A stretch of 64,000 bases of DNA from Camelus dromedarius. Its lineage: Eukaryota. The notes beneath the pieces were generated by a model. It saw nothing but the letters and a program-made list of their open reading frames with translations. It made no database searches and was not told the origin of the DNA. The stretch's first letter is position 1. The number at the start of each line of letters is the position of its first letter. Shown in pieces: positions 52,291 through 64,000 of the stretch. The DNA lies in the NCBI RefSeq assembly GCF_036321535.1, contig NC_087436.1, positions 84,508,001-84,572,000 of the forward strand. The letters are read 5' to 3'. A program made the position numbers and the translations under genes.

Positions 52291-55015
52291 ATGAAAGGGA
52301 GAATAGATCGTGGGGGACACTTGGGTCATCTCCAAGTTGGGGACTCCCAGGTGTCAGTATTTCCAGGTTTTGCTCTGGGGTAGTTCATTTTCTCTAGAGG
52401 TGGATCCTCTAGCCTGTCCCCTGGGCTGTCCAGGCTGCTGGTGTTCACTGTCAAGTGTACAGACTAGGGCTCCTCACTCCTACCTCCTCTGTGCCTGATG
52501 TCGGAGTCTGATGGTCCTCTGGTTTACCTTCCCCAGGGAATAAACTTCTGATTTTATGTGAAGGGTGTGGGGGAGAAATATGGTTTCCTGTCCATGTGAA
52601 ATTTGGGTGGGGAACTGGGGTGCAATGGCTCCTTGGACAGACTTTCTTCTAAAACCCCTATTCTCGGCCTCCCACCCTGTGCATCTCCTGTGGTCCCCGA
52701 TGCTTTATTTCCAAGCTTTTCAGGGGTTCTTTGGATGCCTGTATTGTGGGAACTTGAGTTTGACCTTCTTGTTCTCTTACCATTCCTCTGCCACTTTTCA
52801 GTCTTCAAAAATTCTAGTTCAGGGTTACATACATCTCCTAACATCATCAAAGGTGAAGTCTGAGTTCCTGTTTCTTGTTCACTTTATCATTTGGGGGAAC
52901 TGAAAAAGGAGAAGGATGTGAAAATGGCTTCCCTTTACTATCTTGAAACTGAAAATATATTTTTTCATCTGTACATGATGTTATCACTGGAAATTTTATC
53001 TCAAGCCACAAATATCCATATGCTTAAAATAAGAACAGTTTTATTTTTCCGTTCATCCTGTGGGTGTATACTCATGATCTCCACAAAGTAACCACTAATT
53101 GTGTTTCATTTTAAAGTGATCTTTAAAAGGCTTATTTGCAATGATATCCAAGAATTGCAGTTGTGAAGTCATTCCCCATCCCTGCCCCGGCCCCCAAATA
53201 CTTACTAAATCTATATTGAATTTCTTTGTCTCTTTGTCAAATGACCTCTATAAGCATACAAACCAGCAGTGACATAGATAGTTCTGGGCTATTGTGTTTC
53301 TCCTAAACAATTCTTTTGTGGTTTTAAAAAAAAGTGATTGAGAGAGTGCCCTATAATGTAAAAGGGTTTAAAAGACCTGAATATAAGGCAAGTCTCTTTA
53401 CCCTGAAAGATAATTTTTGGGAACAAAACGTGATATAAAAACATTATAATTTGGCATGAAAGAACCTGACTCTCTTTTACTTTCCTGTTTTGGCCTATGT
53501 TAGATTATGAACACGGTACACCCTCTTCAGCTTCTTCCTCTGGCTAATTCATCCTTCTAGAACGCATGTCAGGTGTCGGCTCCTACAAGAAGCCTTCCTT
53601 GACTGCCTCCTAGTCCTCTTCCAAAGGCTGACCAGGTGCTGCACCTGTGTTTCCACAGCACCCAATGTTCCCCTAAATAGCTGTGCTGTATTTTTACTGT
53701 ATTGCAATCCCTGGTTTACTGGTCATTCTTTCCCACTAAACTGTGAGCTCCTGGAGGACAAGGTCCATGTTTTATTTATCGTCACATTCCTAGTGCCTAT
53801 AAACCATGGCTGGAACACAGCACTTGCTGGTTATATATTCACTTACTGAATGAATAAGAGAAATGCTGATTTCCAGTTGGAAATAAAAGTCCCCCACTGA
53901 ACTGAAGGGCAGAGAAGTGGGAGGAATCACTCACTTTGGTTATTTTCATTCACTCATTCCCTCGATGGCTCAAAATTAACTGAGCCAAGCAGAGGAAACA
54001 TCTTCTACAAGACTCAACTCAATGGAATTTCGGGAACAGAAATTTACCTGGGAGAATTAAGCCACTGGATGGCTGGTCAGATAAAAAGATGCATAAACTT
54101 AGGCTTTGAATATTTTATTAGTGAAGGCCCTTTGGTTGCAATGGACAGAAACCCATCCAGGTTAAAAAGAGGGGAGTTAACAGACCCGGAAAAAAACAAA
54201 AGCCCTATAATGTGCAGTCATTGGAAAGAAGAGCCATAAAGAGCAGGAAAATGTCATGAGCACTCTAGGTTAGTCTGCCCTTTTCCATATGTCAACCAGA
54301 TACAGGGAAGAAGAGGGCACCTGCTCTAAGCATGGACTTTGACTGGTAGGCTGAACAGATGACTGGGAGATCTGAGCTCCCCTATCTCTCTCATCCTCCG
54401 CCCCCCCCCCCGCCCTGATGCAGGCCTGTCCATCATGCTGACAGTGCAGCAGAATGTCTCCCAAGCTGTGGTGGATGTGCAGACAGACGGAGTCACGGCT
54501 GCACTAATGGAACTCTCGGGATGGGGGTGGGGGCAGGCAACGTAAGAGTAAGTTTCTGAGATGTACAGGAATGGGCCGAAAGAGCAGCAGATACAACCTA
54601 CGAATCTTCTTTTTCACGATCAGGCATGCAGCTGGCTAAATGCAAGAGCAGCTCTATGACTGAGCCCAGCTACTTACACCCTGCTTAAAATTGTGGCTGG
54701 TCTTCTAGGACCAAGTGAGCAAGGAAAGAGGCAAACAGAGCAAAATATGAAGCACATACACTCAGCTAAACTGTGTTGATAATTTCTGTGTAACCTATTT
54801 ATTCCTCCGGGGAATCTCTCTTGGGGGTGCCCCACTCCCCTACCCGAGTCTGTGCTAGATGCTCCCCTCCCAACCACCATGTGCTCTCTCTCTCTCAGGG
54901 TATTTCTTGTCTGCATCCTCGTCAATCTTCCCCACTTCTTGAGGTTGGGAATGATATCATTCATACACCTTTTGGAAGAAGAACAGTATACATTTTTACT
55001 AACAAAATAGTTTAT

Positions 55016-55151
55016 CTTTTTGTTTGTTTGTCTGGGGAGACGTAATTAGGTTTATTTATTTACTTATTTATTTAATGGAGGTACCAGGGATTGAACCCAG
55101 GACCTCATGCATGCTGAGCACGCGCTCTACTTCTGAGTTATACATTCCCCC
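55016..55151 (-). mobile_element. tRNA-Ala-derived SINE (Vic-1 type)
   Basis: taattaggtttatttatt...ggaggtaccagggattgaacccaggacctcatgcatgctgagc, the same family on the reverse strand. Confidence 0.88.
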
Positions 55152-57404
55152 GTCATTTTAATAAATGAATCTTATGTCATAGAGCTCTGTATTCTTGGAG
55201 CCTAGGATACACCTGGATCATGTTAGATGATAAACAATAAGAAAGACATGAATAAAATTAAAATACCTGGAATTTTATTGCTCTTTAAAAGTTCTAGAGT
55301 AAGAGTCATAGATTTAATACTTTCTCACAGCTTCTGTCTGAGTTCATACATTAACATCAGCAGAGCAGACGTCCCTCTGTCCTTTAAGAAGAGTTTCTAT
55401 CCCAGAAGTCTACAGGTTTTGAGGTAATTATAAGGCAAATCTTTTTATTATGGTCCAGTGTTCTTGTGTTCTTAACATGGAGGGGACTAGGGCAGGGAGT
55501 GGGGGTGGGGGCCAAGACATCCTGGAGCTGAGGGCTAACTGACTCGGATGATGGCGGACTTTGTTTTCATAATGGTCAATCTGACCTGACAATATTCATC
55601 TCATCTCTATATTTAGACCCCCTTTTTTTTTCAGGGGCAAAGATGACCTGAATTTGCTATGGGTCCAGTCCTTAAATGCACTTGGATGGGAGTTAGGCCC
55701 TTGTTCATTTCAACTGAACTTGGGGGAAAGGGAGGTTTTGATGGTTCTCTTTACTATTCTTTGATGAAAACAGAGAGTAGATGTTGATGTTTTACACGGA
55801 AGGTCAGTTTCCACATCTGTAAACGGAACTTGACACCCATCCTCCAAGGCCCGGGTGAGGGATAAATAAGATGTCAGCTCACCATAGTGCCTGGGACACT
55901 GCAGTTTCCTGGTACATGTCTGTGGCTCTGAATCAATTTAATTAAATAAGGATTCTAGTTCAAAGATGCTTCTATCTATTTTTTTTTCCTCATGGAAGGC
56001 AACTTTTCTTACAAGGACTTTCTTTCTTAGAGGATGCAACAGAGAAAATAGAAAGTTCTGATAAAACAGAGGGGAATAAAAAGGCTGCAAAACAGAGGAT
56101 TTCGATGCTGTTCCCATTTCCCTCTAAGCTGCTCCAACCGCCCTCAATTATCTTCTGTTGAGAAACCCTAGGCCTTCATCATGCTACTTCTCCTCTGCTT
56201 CAGGAAGTGGGGAGAAGCCAAAGAGGAGTCAGAAAGCATGCCAGAAGGGGTCTTCCCTCCCTTGCCCGCTGGAGCATCAAATCAGAAAACTACGGTTCGC
56301 TCTGGACAGCCTCAGCACCATGACCACACTGACGTCGCTCTGACACTTAACCGGATGGATTCGGAAGAGACCCTGTCAGGAAAGCCCAAGCCCCCGGGGC
56401 CCCGGGATGTGGACCGAACCACAGACGGCGCTGAAATGTGGAGCAGAAGTCCAGTAACCCCTACCTGAAAATACTCATCACATTTTGGCCCAGCTGCCAT
56501 CAGCACCCTTGTCCAAGACACTCTCATTTTTGCTCGGACGACTGCAATCCATTTATATGCTTACCGACTCCAGCCCTTTCTCTGCACAGTAGCCAAGGAA
56601 TCTTTTAACAAAGTAGGTCAAGTAAGGGCCAGAATCCTTACTGTTGGCTCACCTGCTCTGGCCCTGCCTGCCTCTCCAGCTCCATCTTTGCCTGCTCCCC
56701 TGGGGCACACCAAGATCCTATCAGTTCTTCAAACACCCAAGTCCTCTCCTTTCTGTGGGTCCTTGCCTCCTCAGTGAAAACCCTTCCCCTAACTCTTGCC
56801 TCCATGTCTCCCACTCCTCTCTCAGGGTTCAGGTGAAGTGTCACTTCCTTGGTGATATTTAAGTAGTAGCCCCCGTATGCGATGCTTCCTGCACCCTGCA
56901 CCGTTCCTTCACAACGCACATGGCAACTTAGAATTTGTATTTGTTTTTGTGGCTATCTGTTTAATGTCCATCGCTATCAGCAGAGGACAAGCTGCCTGAG
57001 GACAGAAAGTCTGTTTTACAAACCACTATGTACCCAGGACCCAATACAGTGCTTGACTCACTAAGTGGAAGCAAAAACGCAATTTGTCACCCACGTACTC
57101 TTTAGTTGGAGATGCACTTTAGAGTAGTACTGAAACCTTTTCTAAGAGATATTACGTAGGTAGGATCTTTTTTATAGAGACAGAGCTCCTTGTTACAGAA
57201 TTTCTACCGAGATATTATTTTCAACCCACTACAGTTCCAAACGATGAATTACTTTCAATCACTGCCACATCCAACCAGTGTTTACTATCAAATGTGAATT
57301 TATGAAACTTGTAACTTGGGACTCTGTGACTCAGTTTCCCTATCAGTGAAAAGAGGAAGTTTCAAGAAACTGCTAAGACTCTAATTAAAAATTTCAGATA
57401 TTAC

Positions 57405-57733
57405 ACAAATACCATATGATATCATTTACATATGCAATCTTTAAAAATGATACAAATGAACTTACTTACAAAACAGAAACAGATTCACAGACATAGAAAA
57501 TAAACTTATGGTTACCAAAGGGGAAGGCGGAGTTTGGGATTAGCAGATACAAACTACTATATATAAAATAGATAAATAACAAGGTCCCATGGTATAGCAC
57601 AGGGAACTATATTCAATAGCTTGTAATAGCCTATAATAAAAAAGAATATGAAAAAGAAAATATATATGTATAACTGACTCACTATGCTGTACACCAGAAC
57701 CTAACACAACACTGTAAATCTACTATAATAAAA
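57405..57733 (+). mobile_element. Young 5'-truncated L1 3' end
   Basis: caaataccatatgatatca...acagacatagaaaataaacttatggttacc...; TSD aaaaatttcagata(t/g)ta. Confidence 0.88.
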
Positions 57734-58002
57734 AAATTTCAGATAGTATGACTATCTTATTATTTATATAAAAGATGTGAACAGACAGCTCACAAAATAA
57801 ATAAAAACGACCAATACACTTCAGTAGTAATGAAAAAGTAAACTTAAAAAATGAGACACTATCTTTGCTGATCAGATTAGCAAAGATGAAAAATAATAAT
57901 ACCCTTGGTTTAGCATTTCCTTTTTCAAAATAATCATTTTCATCACTATACAATATCTGAAGTGGCTGTTTGGCACTGTGTGTTCAAAAGTCTTAAAAAT
58001 GT

Positions 58003-58533
58003 ATGCAGCAGATTATATTTAAAGATGGTCACACCAATACAGTCCACCATCCCACGTGTTCTTCCTACAATGTGGTGCTGATGCACCTCTACTGAGATGT
58101 GGGGGTCTGTGTGTCCTCCCCATCTTGCGCTGGCCTGTACACTGGAAGTGATGTCGCACGGATTCCAAGGCTAAGTGAGAAAAGGCCACATCACCTCTAC
58201 CGGTACTCTGCTGGGACACAAGTCTCTGCGGCCCGGAGCTGCCATGTGAGAAGTCGAGCTACTGGGAAGTGGACACACTAAAAAGACCACGGACAGTGAG
58301 AAAAATGCCCAGGGAGTCCCAGCTGTTCCAACTTCCAGCCGTCTGACTCTCCCCAGCCTAGCACCAGCCATGAGAGGGAAACCTTCAGAAGATTCCAGCC
58401 TCCTCAGCCAATGTCAAATGGAGCAGAAATAAGCCATCCTAACTGAGCCCTGTCCAGACTGCAAATTCAAATGTTGTTGTTTGAAGTACTAAGTTTTGGA
58501 TAGGTTGCTATATAGCACTAGGTAACTAAAACA
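58003..58533 (+). mobile_element. MaLR MLT1-type LTR
   Basis: gctgccatgtgagaagt...ctgagccctgtccagactgcaaatt...taagttttggataggttgctatatagcactaggtaactaaaaca. Confidence 0.75.
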
Positions 58534-58564
58534 TTATATATACTGCTGGGTTAAAAGATACCCA

Positions 58565-58598
58565 TATATGTGTGTGTGTGTGTGTGTATATGTGTGTG
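58565..58598. repeat. (TA)/(TG)n microsatellite
   Basis: Direct reading. Confidence 0.9.
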
Positions 58599-60576
58599 GA
58601 GAGTGTTCTGGAGTAGTTTGTTTTATGAGACACCTAGAACATTATATAGTATATGTTAATATATTATAATTTACCACTACATATAATATATTGCTGCATT
58701 TAAAGATCTCTATATACTTTATAACTACTTATATAACTATATATCTATATACATCTGTATTTAGATGTCAATCTATCTATATACATATAGATATATGTAG
58801 ATATCTTTTAACCTAGCAATTTCAGTCCCCAAAAAATACTTGGAAAGTATATAAAAATGGTTACATAGCATTATCTATAAAACTAAATATTTTGAAACCA
58901 TCTAAAATGTTCAGCAACAGGTAACTGATTAAATATACTGCTTTATACTCAAATGATCAATTACTAGGCAGCGACCAAAAAAGTGATTATGTGAAACTGC
59001 ATTTACTAACAAGATAGTGAGTCATGAGTCAAAAATTATAATTAATCAAATTCTTTGCACCTGTGGTCCATTTTTCTTACCACTTTTTTATGGGAGCTTA
59101 CGTGAAAATAAATGGACCTTAGGTATAAAAACTTACATTAATCATATTCATCAGTGGTTCATGCCTGGCTCTCTTTAAATTATTTATTCACACAAAGGTA
59201 TTAAAGTATATTTCCCCGCACCTTTACCAGCAACTAACTTTCTCTCTCTCTCTCTAATGGGGAGAAAACAGTCTCAATGTTATGCACTTTTTATATATCT
59301 AGAATGTAAACCACTTGTCTTATGTTGCAAATACTTTTCCTCTCTGCTTTTAAACTATTTTCATGGTATATTTTGTAGCACAAAAGTTACAATATGGTCA
59401 GACTTCCTATGGTCAAATCTATCAATCTTTTTCCTTTATAGTTGCTTAGACCTTTGTTTTAAAAGCTAAGTACACTGTTAATGATTAGCACTAGTGGGTG
59501 TGGGAGTGGCTGAATAGACTCAGGACAGGACTGTCCTTTCTACACTGAGCACTTGAAGTATGACCTTCAGTTAGTACTTTGCTGCCACTGTTCAGAGAGG
59601 CTGTATACTCGTGTGATTACGAGTTCTAGACAAGTGGTTTGTCTTGATACCTTTGTTCAGAAAGAGCAATTCCATTCCTCAATGAACTTAGCTTTACTGA
59701 TAGGGACGTGAACTGGTATTTAATGAGTCTAGAGCACTACAAAGCATGCTAATCTATTCTTGTTCCTCCAAATAATTTTTTTTTAAAAACCTTCAAAATA
59801 ATCTTTCCACAGACATCTCACAAAATTCAAGTTTCTAGTTCTATAACTTTTCAGAGTTCCTAAACATAATCCTTCAATTGTTAATGTAAATCCAGGCAGC
59901 TCCAGCTTTAGATGTCTTATCTGCTTTTGATGAAAGCCTTGGCTTGACAAATACCCTAAGATTTATTGTTTTATGGCATCTGGTCAGATAGGAGTTAATA
60001 AGAGATTATATAATTCTTCCCCTGCTCCCACTGTATCTTTTCAGGCACATAATCTTGCATTTTTACCTGTCAAATGAAAACAGGGTGAGACATTTTAATT
60101 ATTGTAAAATCCACAGTATGAAGACACCTTAAAAGTCAATTTTATCACAAGTCTACAATGTCAATGAATTGTTGAAAACATGCCCTAAAACACAATAGGA
60201 TGCTACCCTATGAATAAGAGTGGAGGGTGGAGTAGAGGCAGTAGGTGCTTAATTCCCCGTTAATGCCTGGGAAAGATCAGAGAGCTCCCTTGGCCCTAAT
60301 AGTACCACTATGGTAATTTCTAAGTCTGTTATTTTCAGCCTTAATCTTCCATCTAAGCTCCAATTGTCTACCCAAACTTTCCCACTTGTCATATATATAA
60401 GGATGTCACGTGAAAGCAAATCAATTAACATCCCTACCATTTCCCAAAGTCTGTCTGTTGTACCACTAAGACTTGAAACATCGTAGTCACCTTTGTCCCT
60501 ACCTTTCATTCACCCTATCAAATCCTGTTGACTTTTTAACCATTTAGTCATTCAGTAAACATTTATTGCATAGCTA

Positions 60577-61310
60577 CTATTTTTTATTGTGGTGAAATAT
60601 ACTAACATAAAACTCACCATTTTAACCCCATTTCTAAGTGTACAGTTTAGTGGCACTAAATACATTCCCCACCATCCACCTCCAGAACTTCTTCTCATCT
60701 CAAACTGAAACTCTGTACCCTTTAAACTGTAACTCCCTACTCCCCCCACCCCTAGGTCCTGGCAACCACCATTCTTCCTGTCTTTAGGAATTTGACTATT
60801 CTAGGTGTATCAAGTAAGTGGAGTCATACCATATTTGTCCTTTTATGGCTGGCTTCTTTCACTTAATGTTTTCAAGGTTCATTCACATTGCAGCATGCGT
60901 CAGAATTTTCTTCCTTTTAAAGACTAAGTAACATACCATTATATGTATATCCCAAATTTTGTTCATCCATTCATCTGTCAATGCTGTGAGGTAATGTCCA
61001 ACTTCATTTTTGCATGTGGATATCTCGTCTTCCTACACCATTTGCTTGGAAAGATTGTCCTCTCCCCATTGAATGTCCTTTCCCCTCCGTTAAAAATCAT
61101 CTGACCACTTATGTGAGGGCTTGTCTATAAATCTGTCTCCATGGCAGTACCACACAGTTTTGATTACTGTAGCTTTGTAGTAAGTTCTGGAATCAGCAAG
61201 TGTGAGAACTCCAACTTTGTTCTTTTCAAAGATTGTTTTGGCTATTTCGAGTCTCTTGATATTCCATATGAATTTTAGGGTGGATTTTTCTGTTTCTTCA
61301 AAAAAGTTGT
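60577..61310 (-). mobile_element. L1MB-type fragment
   Basis: ttttttattgtggtgaaatatac...cctggcaaccaccattc...cagtaccacacagttttgattactgtagctttgtagtaagt. Confidence 0.8.
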
Positions 61311-61879
61311 TGGGGTGGCCCCTCTACCACAATGCAGGCAGTGTTACTTGCACTTATTCCTTCCTTTTCACTTTCACTAGTCACCTTATGAATCTGTTAC
61401 AGTTGCCTTCTTGCTGGTATTCCTCTCGCAAACTCTCCACATTTTAATACATTCTACATACTGCTATAGGTAAATATCCTTAAAGCATCACATTTATTAT
61501 ACTACTCTTTGGATTAAAGATCATAGTCTTCCTACTGCCCCTTCCTACATCTCTGCTTGCCATTTAAGACCCTCTGTCATTCACCCTTGATCTGCTTATA
61601 ATCTTTATTTTCTACCACTTCCTGGCACCAAACCTTGGCTCCAGACAGTCTTTTTTCCTTTCCTCATGCTCTCCTATCATCTGAAATAACCCCCACCACC
61701 CAACTTTATGTTTTTATATAACCTGACCCATCCGATAAGGCCTATTTCTTAATTGAATCTTTAGTGACAATACTATCTCACCATGATCACTTCTTCTCTA
61801 ATCCTTTTTTCCCACTATTTTCCCTTTATACAAAAATAACACTTTTATTGTAACAAACCGAGTTTAAAATCTGTGGAAT

Positions 61880-64000
61880 CGCCACACAAAAACTTGTATA
61901 CAAATGTTCACAGCAGCATTATGGATAACAGTTTAAAGGTAGAACCAATCCAAAGTCCATCAACTGATGAACGAATAAACAAAATGTGGTATATTTTCAT
62001 ACAATTCAATATTATTCAGCCACGAAAAGGAATGAAGTACTTATTCATGCTACAAAATATGGATGAGACTTAAAACATGTTAAGTGAAATAAGCCAGTGA
62101 TAAAAGGCCACATATTGTATTATCCCATTTATGTGACATTCTGGAAAAGACAAGAGTAGAGGACCAAAACAGCCAGAAGCTATTGGGAGGGGAGGATTGG
62201 GGAGTGATGGCTAACAGGTATTGATTTGTTTTCTGGGTAATAAAGATGTTCTAAAATTAGATAGCAGTGATGGCTGCATGACATTTTAAATGTACTAAGA
62301 AACACTGAATTGCACACTTTAAAAGAGTGAACTTTCTAGTATGTAAATTATACTTCAATAAAACTTGTGAAAAATTATGGAATCTACAAATAAGTTACTA
62401 GAACTAGTAAATGAGTCTAACAAGATGGCAGCATACAAGATCAATATATTAAAATTGATTATATTTCTATATGATAGCAACAATAGGAAGTTAAAATTAG
62501 GAAATAATACAACCTATAAAATATAACATTCTTAAGATCAATCTGACAAAAGATGTGAAAAACCTATATACAGAAAAACTACAAACATTGATAAGAGAAA
62601 TTAAAGATGACCTAAGCAACTGGTAAGATATACCATATCTATGGATTGGAAGACCCAATTCAGTTCCTCCCCAAACTGGCCTATAGATTCAACACAATCC
62701 CAGTCAAATTCTCATTAGATTTTTTTGTTGAAATTGACTGATTCTAAAATTCATATGGAATTGCAAAGAATCTAAAGATGAATAAAATTGGAGAATTAAT
62801 ACTGCCTGATTTCAAGAATTATAAAGGTGCAGTAATCAAGACAGTGTGGTATCAGCATAAAGAGATAAAAAATAAACAAAAAGATAAAAAAAGATTTAAA
62901 AAAAAAACAGAATAGAGTCCAGCCCATGTTAACAATGACAATTGATTTTTGACAAAAGTTTAAGAGCAATTTAGTGAAAAAATGTTAGTCTTTTCAACAA
63001 ATGGTGCTAGAAACTTGGATATTCATTATGCAAAAGAGAAAAATTTTGATCCACATCTCACACCATACACGAAAATGAACCAAAAATGGAATATGGACCT
63101 AACTATAAAACCTAAAACTATAAAGCTTCTAGAAGAAAACATAGGAGAAAACCTTTGAGAACTTGGATTAAGCAAAGATGTCACAGACATGTGATATAGC
63201 CATACAGGTCATGTCTTAGACATGACATCAAAAGCATGATCTATATAAAAGAGCAAACTGATAAACTGGACCTGATCAAAACTAAAAACTGTTCTTCAAA
63301 AGACACCATTAAGAGAATAAAATGATAAGCCACTGACTGGAAGAAAATATGTCCACATCATACATCTCGTAAACAAACTTGAGTCCAAAATATATAAACA
63401 ATTCTTGCAACTAAATAATAAGATAACAAGTTACCCAATCAAAAAATGGGAAAACATCTGAACAGTCACTTTACCAAAATAAATATACAATGGTAACTAA
63501 GCACATGAAAAGAAATTCAACAAAACTAGTTATTAGAGATATGCCTATTTTAAGCCACAGTGAGGTACTGCTACACACCTACTATATCAACTAAAATTAA
63601 AAGGTTTGAACATACCAATTGTTGGCAAAGATATGGAGGAACTGTGACTCATATACTGCTAGTGAGAATACAACTTTGGAAAACATTTCAGCAATTTCTT
63701 TAAAAGATAAGCAGTTAAGCATACATCTACCATATGATCAGCCATTTCACTCCTGGGAATTTCCCCAAGAGAAGTGAAAATAAACCCAAGAGAAATGAAA
63801 GACTTACACTAGAACATTTAATCACAGCAGCCCCAACCTAAAAGTCCATCAACAAGTGAACAGATAAACAAATAGCCCATACAATGGAAAACTACTTGAC
63901 AATGAAAAGGAATGAAGTATTTATACATGCTATAACATAGATGAATCTGAGTTGTTCAAAATAATTACACTGAGTTAAGAAGTCAGACAAAAAGGAGAAT
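61880..64000 (+). mobile_element. Adjacent old L1 fragments (3' end 61880-62345; ORF2 region 62365 to window end)
   Basis: caaatgttcacagcagcatt, atggattggaagac, gtcttttcaacaaatggtgctag, cttctagaagaaaacataggagaaa are typical L1 ORF2/3' phrases; degenerate. Confidence 0.85.

Noticed and set aside
56158..56468. 95-aa ORF with local CpGs and the palindrome cccggggccccggg
   Set aside because: No recognisable homology or exon structure; within chance expectation.
1..64000. CRISPR arrays, operons or other prokaryotic systems
   Set aside because: The sequence is mammalian intron/exon DNA; no repeat-spacer array or dense coding structure is present.

Overview
Mammalian genomic DNA, very probably a camelid (alpaca, llama or camel), judged from five tRNA-Ala-like Vic-1-type SINEs and young L1 3' ends with target-site duplications. 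The window lies inside the 5' part of CRACD (KIAA1211, capping protein inhibiting regulator of actin dynamics) on the minus strand. Four GT-AG exons splice in frame: 29434-29263, 11227-11092, 3578-3414 and 1012-944. The gene continues beyond position 1, and its first exon(s) were not identified with certainty. The rest is intron, dense in L1, L2, MIR, MaLR/ERV LTRs, a truncated ERV-L provirus and DNA transposon fossils. Most notable: the codon matching the human start Met (MGTRAFSHD, from memory) is TTG here, while the upstream 172-nt exon is fully open and encodes a polybasic/aromatic motif, pointing to an N-terminally extended protein. Also notable are a 22-nt candidate microexon carrying an in-frame ATG, an 81-bp locally templated duplication inside a MIR, and a paired RFX X-box element. 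I found no evidence of a wholly new biological system. Repeat family names and repeat boundaries are by-eye assignments, not database results.
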